Assembly (NCBI GenBank): GCA_951406725.2
Contig: OX597820.1
Span: 8,866,001-8,930,000 of the forward strand
Source of the DNA: Octopus vulgaris
Taxonomy: Eukaryota
Direction: 5' to 3'
DNA length: 64,000 nucleotides
Below the pieces are notes generated by a model. It did not search any database. It was not told the DNA's origin and saw only the letters and a list, made by a program, of their open reading frames with translations. The position numbers were made by a program, and so were the translations under genes. Below, one piece after another: positions 37,593-52,689 of the stretch (positions are counted from its first letter, which is position 1; each line of letters starts with the position of its first letter).

Positions 37593-39035
37593 ACACACAC
37601 ATACACAAATTGAAACATCAGTTATACCAACAAATATTAAATATTTACTGTGTGATGCTGCCATCACTAATTCCATAAAGACAAAGAAGTCTACGATTTA
37701 CTGAGGAGGTCTCATATGGTGGAAACAAGTGCAAAGTTGTCTCCTCTAGTCTATAGTAGAAGATTCATAGTATCTGTTCTATCCTTAAGCCTCTAATAAT
37801 GTAGCAAGGTTGATATTGTCAACGATAAAGAATACACTGTAACTGTTATCATCATCATCATCATCATCATCATCGTTTAACGTCCGCTTTCTATGCTAGC
37901 ATGGGTTGGACGATTTGACTGAGGTCTGGCAAACCAAACTCCAATCTGATCTGGCAGAGTTTCTACAGCTGGATGCCCTTCCTAACACCAACCACTCTGA
38001 GAGTGTAGTGGGTGTTTTTACGTGCCACCAGCATGAGGGCCAGTGTGGTGGTACTGGCAAACGGCCATGATCGGATGGTGCTTTTACGTGCCACCGGCAC
38101 GGGGCCAGGCAAGGCTGGCAACGGCCACGAACAGATGGTGCTTTTTACGAGGGCCAGTTTGGTGGTACTGGCAACGACCATGCCCAAATGGTGCTTTTTA
38201 CGTGCCGACAATACAAAATCAAAACAGCGGCAGTAACAAACATGTAACGGACCAACAATCAATATTTCCAACACACTAACTTGAATGGTTAAACTGTACC
38301 TGGACTTCAAAGGCCAAACTACAAACTGCTGGCTGCATCAGACTGCTGCGATTTATATGTAGTGCTCCCACCTATTCTTGTCAGAGGTGTCACACTCTTG
38401 CCACAACAGTATCTTAGGTAAACATTTTCTACTATAGCCTAGGAATTGGTAGACAGAAACTGTATGTATATAGTATATATAAATCAAAAATCAAAATCAA
38501 AATCAAATTCGATGACTGGCATCTGTGCTAGCAGGGTGCAAATCATCATCATCATCATCATCGTTTAATGTCCGCCTTCCATGCTAGCATGAGTTGGACG
38601 GTTTGACTGAGGGCTGGCGAACCAGATGGCTGCACCAGGCTCCAGACTTGATCTGGCAGAGTTTCTACAGCTGGATGCCCTTCCTAATGCCAACCACTCC
38701 GAGAGTGTGACCCTTGAAAAACAAGTAAAGGTTGTTGACAGGAAAGGCATCCTGCTATAGAATACTGCCTGAAATACAAGTGTGTTTAACCCATTCTAGC
38801 ATTAAAAGCAAGAGATATTTAACGAGCCAACACCTTAGAGCACTGTAGTCACTGAGAGATTGTCTTTTGTTCATTGCATAATTATTTCTAATGAATTATT
38901 TTCATAGTCACCACATTATATTAAAACAAAATAAACTATCGCTTGTCATGTGAATGGCATCTCTGACAAATGAATTTACTTCTGGGATTTGTTTTTAACA
39001 AAAACAAATCCTACTTTCACTCACTCACTCACCCA

Positions 39036-39093
<58 letters not shown>

Positions 39094-39173
39094 CTCTTTT
39101 TCTCTTTTCCTCTATGAGTTGTTATCTTTCTCAAACATGTATGTATTTATGTATAAATGCATACATAAATGCA

Positions 39174-39224
<51 letters not shown>

Positions 39225-39277
39225 GGCGGTACCCCAGCATGGCCACAGCTCGTGAGCTGAAACTAGATAAAATAAAA

Positions 39278-39316
<39 letters not shown>

Positions 39317-39523
39317 TCATCATCATCATCATCATCATCATAAACGCATATAGGTGCATGAGTGGCTGTGTGGTAAGTAGCTTGCTAACCAACCACATGG
39401 TTCCGGGTTCAGTCCCACTGCGTGTTATCTTGGGCAAGTGTCTTCTGCTATAGCCCCGGGCCGACCAATGCCTTGTGAGTGGATTTGGTAGACGGAAACT
39501 GAAAAGAAGCCCGTCGTATATAT

Positions 39524-39559
<36 letters not shown>

Positions 39560-39779
39560 TTGTGTGTCTGTGTTTGTCCCCCTAGCATTGCTTGACAACC
39601 GATGCTGGTGTGTTTACGTCCCCGTCACTTAGCGGTTCGGCAAAAGAGACCGATAGAATAAGTACTGGGATTACAAAGAATAAGTCCCGGGGTCGATTTG
39701 CACGACTAAAAGGTGGTGCTCCAGCATGGCCGCAGTCAAATGACTGAAACAAGTAAAAGAGTAAAAGAGTAAAAGAGAA

Positions 39780-41225
<1,446 letters not shown>

Positions 41226-42108
41226 GTAAAAAGCACTATCCGACTCGTGGCCGATGCCAGCGCCGCCTCCACTGGCTTCCGTGCCGGTGGCACGTAAAAT
41301 ACACCAATCTGACCGTACGACAGGCACCCATGCCAACCCCCTTGCTTGCGAAGACATGTTGGGGCAAGCGAAATCGAAATCGAATTGAACCAGCCAGGAT
41401 CCCTGGTCTGGTGGTACGTAAAAGCACTATCCGACTCGTGGCGTAAAAAGCACTATCCGACTCGTGGCCGATGCCAGCTCCGCCTCGTCTGGCTTCCGTG
41501 CCGGTGGCACATAAAATACACCAATCCGACCGTGGCCGTTGCCAGCCTCGCCTGGCACCTGTGCAGGTGGCACGTAAAAAGCACCCACTACACTCACGGA
41601 GTGGTTGGCGTTAGGAAGGGCATCCAGCTGTAGAAACACTGCCAGATAAGACTGGAGCCTGGTGCAGCCTTCTGGCTTCCCAGATCCCCGGTCGAACCGT
41701 CCAACCCATGCTAGCATGGAGAACGGACGTTAAACGATGATGATGATGATGATGATGATGATACATACATACATACATACATATCTGCACACATACAGAT
41801 GTACATAATACTCACATACACATGTGGCATTATATCTAGCCAACACACAGACACACACACACACACAGACACACACACACACACAGACACACACACACAC
41901 ACAGACACACACACACACACAGACGTGTGTGTATATAACAGTACAGAAGAGCCATTCAGACCATATAATTAAATACGAAAACTATTAAAATTCACTTTAA
42001 GTTTTATTTCATGATGTGTCAACACTTTTGTTGCACCATTGCGACCTGGTCCCTGGTGCAGATTCAGTGCACTTTTATCACATTAGAGTGAATTTAACAG
42101 CTTCATAC

Positions 42109-42145
42109 TTGGGATAAAATGGTTGACGTGGCCCTTCCATAACAT
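42109..42145 (-). CDS. FAM167/LURAP-like coiled-coil gene, putative first coding exon (MLWKGHVNHFIP-S); exon begins at 42190 or 42187
   Basis: Acceptor ttgttgttgtccagtag (NAGNAG) and donor CCAA|GTATGA. Phase 1 is compatible with the next exon. Lies in a unique-sequence island. Confidence 0.55.
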
Positions 42146-45100
42146 ACAACTTGTTCCCACAGCACACACTGTTTCAGATGAAGTCACCTACTGGACAACA
42201 ACAAATTCAATATATCTGTTTCTTTATTGCCCACAAGGGGCTAAACATAGAGGGGACAAACAAGGACAGACAAACGGATTAAGTCGATTACATCGACCCC
42301 AGTGCGTAACTGGTACTTAATTTATCGACCCCGAAAGGATGAAAGGCAAAGTCGACCTCGGCGGAATTTGAACTCAGAACGTAACGACAGACGAAATACC
42401 TATTTCTTTATTGCCCACAAGGGGCTAAACATAGAGGGGACAAACAAGGACAGACAAACGGATTAAGTCGATTACATCAACCCCAGTGCGTAACTGGTAC
42501 TTAATTTATCGACCCCGAAAGGATGAAAGGTAAAGTCGACCTCGGCGGAATTTGAACTCAGAACGCAACGACAGACGCAATACCGCTAAGCATTTCGCCT
42601 GGCGTGCTAATGTTTCTGCCAGCTCACTGGCAATATATCATCATGATCATCATGTGTATGTGTGTGTGTGTGCGTGTGTGTGTGTGTGTTTGAGGGAAGG
42701 AGAGACACAGACAGACAATAAGAAAGAGATATAAATGGGTGGATAGATAATAGGAGTGAGAGACAAACAAAATCAGAAATAGTAAGACCTGTTGCTTGTG
42801 AAGACCTGTTGAGGCAAGTGAAATCGGAATCGAAATCGAAATCACTCAAAAATCAATGGAAATTGTAGCTGTGATATCGGTGCTGGTGGCACGTAAAAGA
42901 ACCATCCGAACATGGCCGTTGCCAGCGCCGCCCTGACTAGCCTCCGTGCCGGTGGCACGTAAAAAGCACCAACCGATCGTGGCCGTTGCCAGCCTCGCCT
43001 GGCACGTAAAAAGCACCCACTACACTCACGGAGTGGTTGGCGTTAGGAAGGGCATCCAGCCGTAGAAACACTGCCAGATCAGACTGGAGCCTGGTGCAGC
43101 CTCCTGGCTTCCCAGACCCCGGTCAAGCCGTCCAACCCATGCTAGCATGGAAAGCGGACGTTAAATGATGATGATGAGGATAAAATCCAGAAACAGTTTT
43201 GGCGGCTGATTTTTTAATGTGGATTGAAAGAATTGTGACCATGGCGCAGGAGTGGCTGTGTGGTAAGTAGCTTACTAACCAACCACATGGTTCCGGGTTC
43301 AGTCCCACTGCATGACATCTTGGGCAAGTGTCTTCTGCTATAGCCCTGGGCCGACCAATGCCTTGTGAGTGGATTTGGTAGACGGAAACTGAAAAGAAGC
43401 CCGTCGTATATATGTATATGTATATATATCTATGTGTGTGTTTGTGTGCCTGTGTTTGTCCCCCTAGCATTGCTTGACAACCGATGCTGGTGTGTTTACG
43501 TCCCCGTCACTTAGCGGTTCGGCAAAAAAAAAGAGGCCGATAGAATAAGTACTGGGCTTACAAAGAATAAGTCCCGGGGGTCGATTTGCTTGACTAAAGG
43601 CAGTGCTCCAGCATGGCCGCAGTCAAATGACTGAAACAAGTAAAAGAGTAAAAGAGAGAGAGAGAGTATGGCCTTGACAGGGCATTGAGACAAGAGAGAC
43701 TGATGAGACTAATGAGATTGATGCTGATGACATTCTGTTTAATCTTTTGTCAAAGACTGAATGAAAGACATGCATGTAGAAAATTCCAGAGGGAAAAGAT
43801 CAGCCGTAATAATGGTGGGTGAGTGGGGAGAGGATATTGAGCGAAATATCGGATGTGAAGAGTGAAGAAGGAAAGCTTGTAAAGAACTTTGCAGCGTGTC
43901 GTACATCTTTACTCTGTGAGGTCCTTTCGAGGTCAATGAAATAAGTACCAGTTACGCACTGGGGTTGATGTAAACTGGCTAACCTCTTCCCTAAAATTTC
44001 AGGCCTTGTGCCTACAGTAGAATGATTATCACATTCATCATCATCAGCAGCAGCAGCAGCAGCGGGGGGGAGATGGGGGAGGAGGAGGAGGAGGAGGAAG
44101 AGGAGGAAGAGGAGGCGGAGGAAGAGGAGGAGGAATAGTAAGGTGGTGAGCTGGCAGAATCGTTAGCACACTGGACAAAATGCTCAGCAGCATTTTGTCT
44201 GTCTTAATGTTCTGCATTCAAATTCCACCGAGGTCAGCTTTGCCTTTCATCCTTCCAGGGTCAATAAAAATAGGTGCCAGTTGAGCACTGGGGTCAATGT
44301 AACTGACTTACACACTCTCCCAAAATTGCTGGCCTTGTGCCAAAATTTGAAGCCACTAGTAGTAGTAGTAGTAGTAGTAGCAGCGGCAGCAGCAGTAAGA
44401 CAGCAAGCTGGCAGATTCATAACAGGTAAAATGTTTAGTGGCATTTCAACTGTCGTTTACATTCTGAGATCAAATATCACCAGGGTTGACTTTGCTTTTC
44501 ATCATACTGGGGCTGATGAAATAAGTACCAGTTGACTACTGGGGCTGATGTAAACAACTTACTCCCTGCCCCCATAACTGCTCAGGCTGATTCAGCCAAC
44601 TTGCCACCTTAAATAATAACAACAATGGTTTCGCATTTCGGCACAAGACCAGCAGCTTCAGGTCAAGCAATTGACCAGCAAATCTGCAGCAATGAGCTGA
44701 CCATTTGTTGTAGTCCCATCTTTTACACCGAGACAAAACCTGTACATGATAGCACCTCCAATCGGTTAAGGTCAGAAGCCATGAAGAGCCACTGCCTAGC
44801 AGAGCAACATGGCATTCATTATTGATTATGGCAGAAAGGTGACAGAATTGTTAGGGTTTCAGACAAAACACTTTAGCAGCATTTCCTTTTTACAGTCTAG
44901 GTTCAATTTCCACTAATACCGACTTCATCCTTTCAGAATCAATGGATTTAAGAATTAGTCAAGTATCAAGGTCATCCTCATCATCATCATCATCATTGTT
45001 TAACGTCCATTTTCCATGCTAGCATGGGTTGGATGGTTCAACCAGGGTCTGGGAAGCCAGGAGGCTGCACCAGGCTCCAGTCTGATCTGGCAGTGTTTCT

Positions 45101-46345
45101 ACAGCTGGATGCCCTTCCTAACACCAACCACTCTGAGAGTGTAGTGGGTGCTTTTTACGTGCCACCAGCACAGGTGCCAGGGGAGGCTGGTAACAGCCAC
45201 GATTGGTTGGTGCTTTTTACGTGCCACCAGCATGGAAGCCAGTCGAGGCATCGCTGGCATCGGCCACGTTCGGCTGGTGCTTTTTATGTGCCACCAGCAC
45301 AGGGATCACAACTACAGTTCCCATTGATTTTTGATGCTGATGTACTTGACTCAATAGGTCTCCTCAAGCACAGGGTTGACACGGTGTTTCTTGTGATTTG
45401 CCCCAGTCCTCAGAACTGCTAGCCTTGTGCCAAAACTTCATAAAATAATATTACTCACGGACTCTTTTATCATAGATGAGGGAGGAGGGTTCCACAATTT
45501 CTTGTAGAATAACCTGCACCAATGATTTGTTTATAGTGATCAAATGTTTGAGATGTACATTAGTTCACTCTGTCCATCAAATTGACATTGCCTGCTAAGG
45601 TGCACAGTGAGCTGTGTGTCAGACTAGCAGAAATACCCATCATTGACTGGGTTCAGAAAGAGTCTTCAAAAATTATACCCTGATTTATGAAAGTTACTGC
45701 TTCGATATTATTAAATGTTTCATAGTGGAATATCTGCAAGCTCTTATTGCCAGGTTTCGGCCGAAAAAGTTATAATATTTTACTAATGGGCCTGTCTCTG
45801 ATCAGTCTCTTCAGCTCCTTCTCTTTTCCTATGCTGAGATTGCTTAGGAAGTCAAAATCTAATTTTTTCCGGAGGCATTGTAGTAGGGTGAATTAATCTA
45901 TAAGATAGGAGACTTAACTCATGTTAGCAAACTTACAGATTTCATCGACATGAAAATTGGGAAAAGTTATGGCTGGAAAGCTATTTTTACCACTATCCGG
46001 AGGTGCCTCAGGAAAAGTAAGTTGACAAAAGCACAGCCATGGTTGTGACCAATGTCCTGCTAAAATTGGAGCAACATGCATGCTAATTTGTGGACAGGCA
46101 TAAAGTACATTCACTACACACACACACACATCCTGCCTTTTATAGATATAGATGTCAACATGACAACAGAGCAACACAATACCCTGCTTAATCTGATAAC
46201 TGAAACCATGACCTCAAGCTCACCAGTACAACAGCCCAAACTGTACACCATGTGCCCTCACACCTCATCATCAGTATCGCTATTAATTTACAAAAAAGCA
46301 GTGAATTGGCAAAATCATTAGAATGTGAGGAACGTGCTAGGTGTG

Positions 46346-46376
<31 letters not shown>

Positions 46377-47509
46377 CTCCCACTTTTTATTTACCCATGT
46401 ACCAAGTTAAGTCACTTCATATAAAAAAAATTTAACTTGAATATATCCAGAAAGATAAAAATAAATATCAGACAGAGATAGTGATAGTGCTGCCTTGAAA
46501 CTAGTGCTCCAGTATGACCAACGCCCAATGTCTGAGAAGAATAAATGATTGTAAAACAGACAATTCCAGCCCTCATCTACCCCACACAGTCCTATCCCAA
46601 CTGGATGGAATGAGGTGGGGCTGAAGCTATATAAAGCAGCATGTTTAGAATAAACTGACCTGCTTAAACAGACACAGGTTTGTCTGTCAGATGAACGAAG
46701 GCGGAAGCAAGATCTAAGAGATTTGCCCCAGCACAACAAACTCTTCACTCAATCAAAATATTACAGCACCGTTGTCCTGTAATAAATGTATCCACACTGT
46801 TAGCTTTTAATAACTGGTTTGTGTGCATGTCTGTCTAGATTTGGTTCATGCAATGAGGTAACATTAAATTTAAATGGCCATCTGTGTTTCATGTAGCATA
46901 CTTCTCAACCACATAACCACACCTCTGCACCAGTCATATGTGTATGTATATATATATATATATATATATATCATCTTCATATATATATATATATAATCAA
47001 AGTAAGCAACAAAGATATCCAAGGTAGTGTAGTACAATCGTTTCATGCTTCTTCGTTTTATTAAACACTGTAAGTATTATATCAGTTTTAAAATGTCGAG
47101 TGTTTAATAAAATGAAGTAGCATTAAACGATTGTACTACTCTACCTTCGATATCCTTGTTGCTTATTTTGATTATAATCACCCCATTTGATTTATATGGA
47201 TAATACCATACAAAATTCTGATGCCTTTAACTTAAGTACCATATTCATCTGAATCTAAATTTTGCTGAACTTATATGAATGGATGTATAGACACACATAC
47301 ACATCCACATATGTGTGTGTGAGGGGGGAGGTATGCATATGTATATAAATACATACAGATAAGACTGTAGGACATAAATTGAGGTTGGTTTTAGCAATTA
47401 TTTTTAATAAGTATACGCTTACCATGTAGTGGTCTCTATTATTGATGAAGTTCCGTGTCAGAGAGACACTCTGGAATTTCTGGAACTCCCATAATCTTAT
47501 TCAACCCTC

Positions 47510-47910
47510 ACAATTTGGATTTATCCTTAACTCCAGCTGATGTGGCTAACTTATTGAATTTCTTGAAGATATCACCCAAATCATAGAAGTGATATCAATC
47601 TTGGATGGATGTAATTAATCTTGACTTCGTTAAAATCTTTAATTTTGTGCCATATAAACAACTCTTTGCAAAGCTCTCTGCAATAATGGTGTGGACTAAC
47701 CATGATAATTGGTTGAAGTTCTTCATTCTTGGTCAGAGAGGGAGTCACAGTACAACATTCTGTAACTTATGCAATAATACCTGGAGTCCTACAGGGAGCT
47801 GTTCTTGGTCTCCTGTTGTTTGTTGCAAAGATTAATGAAATAGATGCAAACTTAAAAAATGTTACAATATTAAAATACATGGCCAATGTTAAGCTGTACC
47901 TTGAAATAGG
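47510..47910 (+). mobile_element. Old CR1/L2-like RT fragment
   Basis: DVINLDFVKIFNFVPY...GVLQGAVLGLLLF...KYMANVKLY, degenerate RT motifs. Confidence 0.7.
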
Positions 47911-47921
47911 TATATACATAC

Positions 47922-47965
<44 letters not shown>

Positions 47966-47984
47966 CTGTATATCCATGCATACA

Positions 47985-48028
<44 letters not shown>

Positions 48029-48214
48029 CAATAAGAGGCTTCCAAATTGGAAAGCGCTGTGCACAACACTTTCCTATTTGGAAGCCTCTTATTGAATTTC
48101 TATATGAATAATATATAGTCTAATGACTAATTCGTTTTTTTGGGCTAGGCCACTGGTAATAATAATTTATTATTACCTTATTTTATTATGTTTAAATACA
48201 TATATATATATATA

Positions 48215-48628
48215 TATATTGTATAGAGGGCATTATTACACATAAATGCCTCACACTAAGAGGGACAAAGTCATTACTACCAAAATTATACTAATCATAC
48301 CTAAATGCAGTTTTTCAAAGCAAGACATTTAAAAAATGAATTTAGTTCTGTATCACCGTGATTTCACATTTAACTTACGTCTTATGATCCTCAGCAGAAC
48401 TGATTCTGAACACATCATAAATTTATGATGTGTTCAGAATCAGTTCTGCTGAGGATCATAAGACGTAAGTTAAATGTGAAATCACGGTGATACAGAACTA
48501 AATTCATTTTTTAAATGTCTTGCTTTGAAAAACTGCATTTAGGTATGATTAGTATAATTTTGGTAGTAATGACTTTGTCCCTCTTAGTGTGAGGCATTTA
48601 TGTGTAATAATGCCCTCTATACAATATA
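48215..48628. repeat. Perfect spacer-less palindrome with 207-bp arms
   Basis: Centre CATAAA|TTTATG at 48421/48422. No mismatch seen by eye out to 48215/48628. Confidence 0.95.
48442..48499 (+). ncRNA. Minimal type I hammerhead ribozyme motif; mirror copy on minus strand at 48344-48401
   Basis: agttctg-CTGAGGA-[tcat..gac GTAA gtt..atgt]-GAAA-tcac(g)gtga-TA-cagaact, with a perfect 7-bp stem I. Confidence 0.65.
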
Positions 48629-48771
48629 GATATAATTAATTTGTTCAAAAGAAAAAAATTATTTTCGAATTCTTTTCTTTTATGAGGTTTTCACGCTAAC
48701 TACCCGATAATTTCTTGTTAAAATCCCTTATTAAGAGATTATCCTTAATTGTTAAACTTATATATATATAT

Positions 48772-50732
48772 AGAGAGTTAGTTTAGATGAGATGCAGTTT
48801 GGGTTTGTGCCAGGGAAAAGTACTACTGATGCTATATTCCTGGTAAGGCAGCTGCAGGAGAAATACCTAGCCAAAGATAAGCCCCTGTACCTGGCTTTTG
48901 TTGACATGGAGAAAGCCTTCGACAGGGTCCCCCGATCCCTTATCTGGTGGGCAATGAGAAAACTAGGGATAGATGAATGGTTAGTGAGAGCTGTGCGGGC
49001 CATGTATAGGGACGCCGCTAGTAGGGTGAGGGTTGGAAATGAGTACAGTGAAGAATTCCGGGTAGAGGTAGGGGTCCACCAAGGCTCAGTACTCAGCCCC
49101 CTCCTATTTATCATAGTCCTCCAGGCAATAACGGAGGAATTCAAGACAGGATGCCCTTGGGAGCTCCTCTATGCTGATGACCTTGCTCTAATTGCTGAGT
49201 CGCTATCAGAACTGGAGGAGAAGTTTCAGGTGTGGAAACAAGGATTAGAATCGAAGGGCCTCAGAGTCAATCTAGCTAAAACCAAAGTCGTAATCAGTAG
49301 GAAGGTAGACAAATCACAAACACCTTCAGGTAGATGGCCCTGCTCGATCTGTAGAAAAGGTGTAGGTAGAAACTCTATAAGATGCACCAAGTGTAAGCTA
49401 TGGACACATAAGAGATGCAGCAATGTCAAAGGAAGGCTAACTAGGAAGATGGTTTTTGTATGTGGCAGATGCTCAGGAACAATAAACACTGAAAATGCTC
49501 TGAGACCAACTTCTGTCACTTTCCAGGGAGAAAAACTAGAAATAGTTGATAGTTTCCGTTACCTAGGTGACCAAGTCAGCAGCGGGGGCGGGTGTGCTGA
49601 AAGTGTAACTGCTAGAGTAAGAATAGCTTGGGCAAAGTTCAGAGAGCTCTTACCTCTGCTGGTGACAAAAGGCCTCTCGCACAGAGTGAAAGGCAGACTG
49701 TATGATGCGTGTGTACGAACAGCCATGCTACATGGCAGTGAAACATGGGCCGTGACTGCTGAGGATATGCGTAAGCTCGCTAGAAATGAAGCCAGTATGC
49801 TCCGATGGATGTGTAATGCCAGTACTCACACTCGGCAGAGTGTAAGTACCTTGAGAGAAAAGCTGGACCTAAGAAGCATCAGTTGTGGTGTGCAAGAGAG
49901 ACGTTTGCGCTGGTATGGTCATGTGGCGAGAATGGATGAAGATAGTTGTGTGAAAAAGTGCCACACCCTAGCGGTTGAGGGAACCTGTGGAAGAGGCAGA
50001 CCCAGGAAAACCTGGGACGAGGTGGTGAAGCACGACCTTCGAACTTTAGGTCTCACCGAGGAAATGACTAGAGACCGAGACCTCTGGAAGTGTGCTGTGC
50101 GCGAGAAGACCCGGCAGGACAAGTGAGTCCACAACCCGTGGCCTTCTACATGGGATGGAGCCAGCCTACGTATGCATACCTTCCCTTCTTGGGACACAAA
50201 ACTCTACTTGTGAAGACGTGTTGAGGCAAGTGAGGATCAGAATCGAAATCGATCAATGGAAATTGCGGATGTGCTACCAGTGCCGGTGGCATGTCGAAAC
50301 TCTGCTTGTGAAGACCCATTGAGGCAAGTGAGGATCAGAATCGAAATCGATCAATGGAAATCGATCAATGGAAATTGCAGATGTGTTACCAGTGCCGGTG
50401 GCATGTAAGAGAACCTTCCGTTTCGCGACCGTTGCCAGCACCGCCCCATTTCGTGTTCGTTGCCAGCCTCGCCTGGCCCTCGTGCCGGTGGCACATAAAA
50501 AACACCATCCGTTCGTGGCCGTTTGCCAGCTCTGGCTGGCACCAGTGCGGGTGGCACGTAAAAAGCACCCACTACACTCACGGAGTGGTTGGCGTTAGGA
50601 AGGGCATCCAGCCGTAGAAACACTGCCAGATTTGACTGGGCCTGATGAAGCCTTCTGGCTTCACAGACCCCAGCAGAACCGTCCAACCCATGCTAGCATG
50701 GAAAACGGACGCTAAATGATGATGATGATGAT
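48772..50732 (+). mobile_element. Young 5'-truncated RTE-clade LINE (RT ORF, 3' UTR and (GAT)n tail)
   Basis: Uninterrupted 444-aa ORF followed by a 3' UTR shared with many dispersed copies and a (GAT)n tail. The 5' end abuts (TA)n. Confidence 0.95.
48792..50126 (+). CDS. RTE reverse transcriptase, C-terminal part, with an inserted PHD-like Cys/His finger
   Basis: Motifs QFGF, FVDMEKAFDRV, GVHQGSVLSPLLF, LLYADD, FRYLG, RRLRWYGHV and RGRPRKTW. N-terminally truncated by the insertion boundary. Confidence 0.9.
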   Translation: MQFGFVPGKSTTDAIFLVRQLQEKYLAKDKPLYLAFVDMEKAFDRVPRSLIWWAMRKLGIDEWLVRAVRAMYRDAASRVRVGNEYSEEFRVEVGVHQGSVLSPLLFIIVLQAITEEFKTGCPWELLYADDLALIAESLSELEEKFQVWKQGLESKGLRVNLAKTKVVISRKVDKSQTPSGRWPCSICRKGVGRNSIRCTKCKLWTHKRCSNVKGRLTRKMVFVCGRCSGTINTENALRPTSVTFQGEKLEIVDSFRYLGDQVSSGGGCAESVTARVRIAWAKFRELLPLLVTKGLSHRVKGRLYDACVRTAMLHGSETWAVTAEDMRKLARNEASMLRWMCNASTHTRQSVSTLREKLDLRSISCGVQERRLRWYGHVARMDEDSCVKKCHTLAVEGTCGRGRPRKTWDEVVKHDLRTLGLTEEMTRDRDLWKCAVREKTRQDK

Positions 50733-51017
50733 CATCATCATCATCATCAACGTTTAACGTCCGTTCTCCATGCTAGCATGGGTTGGACGGTTCGACCGGG
50801 GATCTGGGAAGCCAGAAGGCTGCACCAGGCTCCAGTCTGATCTAGCAATGTTTCTACAGCTCGATGCCCTTCCTAACGCCAACCACTCCGTGAGTGTAGT
50901 ATATATATATACATATATATATATATATGTGTATGCATATATATATATATGTAAGTGTACTTGCACACATGTGTGTGTGTGCATATGATTGTATGTACTT
51001 GAAAATATCTATCTATC

Positions 51018-51097
<80 letters not shown>

Positions 51098-51189
51098 CAT
51101 ATTTGTTTCTTTATTACCCACAAGGGGCTAAACATAGAGGGGACAAACAGACATCGACCAAAGTAAACAAGCTGTACGGTGCACCACAT

Positions 51190-52128
51190 AGGACAGAAAG
51201 AATGCAACGAACGGAAATCAACAAAAAACAACATGTGAAAAAGCAGACGATAACATAACAAACGGCAAACAGGACAAAAACAAGATACTTGGATCATTCA
51301 CAGCCGATTTCCTCTTCAGTCAGCATCCAGAAAGTCCTTGCAGTTTTGCCCTCGTTTATCTGTGATACTTCTCGAATCTGGTGAGTGCCAGGGGACTTAA
51401 GCTAAAAGCATTAAGCCTCTGGGAAAGGCAGACAAATGTATACAAGAATAAGAACAAGAATGGAAACAAAAACAAGAAATAGACTTATACACGTACAACA
51501 GAATGCCTTTTGGCAATACAACAGAAGGGAAACAATTGTACATTTACGAATACAAAGAAATAGCAGAAAGTGTCTTTGTCCACCTGGCCAGTCTGTTAAG
51601 ACTTTCCATTATTCTTTTGTGCCAGCTTGCTACATTTGTCTGATAGCCAAAAGGCCCTTTTTGTTTGTATTTACGTTGAAATTGTACAATTATCTTCCTT
51701 TTATTAGATAGCCAAAAGGTGTTTGTCCATTGTATATGTATAATTCTTTTCCTTGCTTTATTGTTTCATAACGTTATGTTCGTCCAATGCTTGAAAGGCC
51801 CTTTCTGTTACTTATTTCTTTGTTTCCTAAATCTGCAATTGTTTCTTCTGTTGTATTGCCAAAAGGCATTCTCTTGCATGTGTATAATTCTAGATTTCCC
51901 ATTTTTGTTTCCGTTCTTGTTCTTATTCTTGTATACATTTGTTTGCCTTTCCCAGAGGCTTAATGCCTTTAGCTTAAGTCCCTGGCACTCACCAGATTCA
52001 AGCAGTATCACAGATAAACAAGGGCAAAACTGCAAGGACTTTCCAGAAACTGTTTGCCATTTGTTATGTTAATGTCTATTTTTCCACATGTGTTTTGTTG
52101 ATTTCCACTTGTTGTGTTCTTTCTGTCC
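51190..52128. repeat. Long imperfect inverted repeat (fold-back element)
   Basis: 51330-51570 pairs with 51800-52043, and 51190-51272 pairs with 52050-52128. Confidence 0.8.
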
Positions 52129-52136
52129 TACCTTTG

Positions 52137-52187
<51 letters not shown>

Positions 52188-52641
52188 GCGTCCGTGCTAG
52201 CGGAGTGCAAAGAGCACCATACGAGTGTGATCATTGACAGAGTGGCTAACCGGCTTCCGTCGCAGTGGCACTTAAAAGGCACCATTCGAGCGTGATCGTT
52301 GCCAAAGCGGCTATCTGGCCTCTGTGCTGGTGGCACATAAAAGACACCATTCAAGCGTGATCGTTACCAGCATTGCCTTACTGGCACCTGTGCCATTGGC
52401 ATGTGTAAAAAGATTCAAGCGAGGTCATTGCCAGTACCGCCTGACTGGTGCACGTGGTGGTGACACGTAAAAAGCACCCACTAAACTCTTGGAGTGGTTG
52501 GCGTTAGGAAGGGCATCCAGCTGTAGAAACTCTGCCTGATTAAGATTGAAGCCTGGTGCGGCCATCTGGTTCACCAGCCCTCAGTCATTCGTCCAACCCA
52601 TGCTGGCATGGAAAGTGGACGTTAAACGATGATGATGATGA

Positions 52642-52689
<48 letters not shown>

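Noticed and set aside
45459-45513. Minus-strand 55-nt exon with a strong GTGAGT donor
   Set aside because: The acceptor is weak, the surroundings look like an interspersed repeat, and the peptide is unrecognisable.
50636-50672. Hammerhead in the RTE 3' UTR (CTGATGA-agcc-ttct-ggct)
   Set aside because: No GAAA or stem III follows, and most copies read CTGGTGC at this position.
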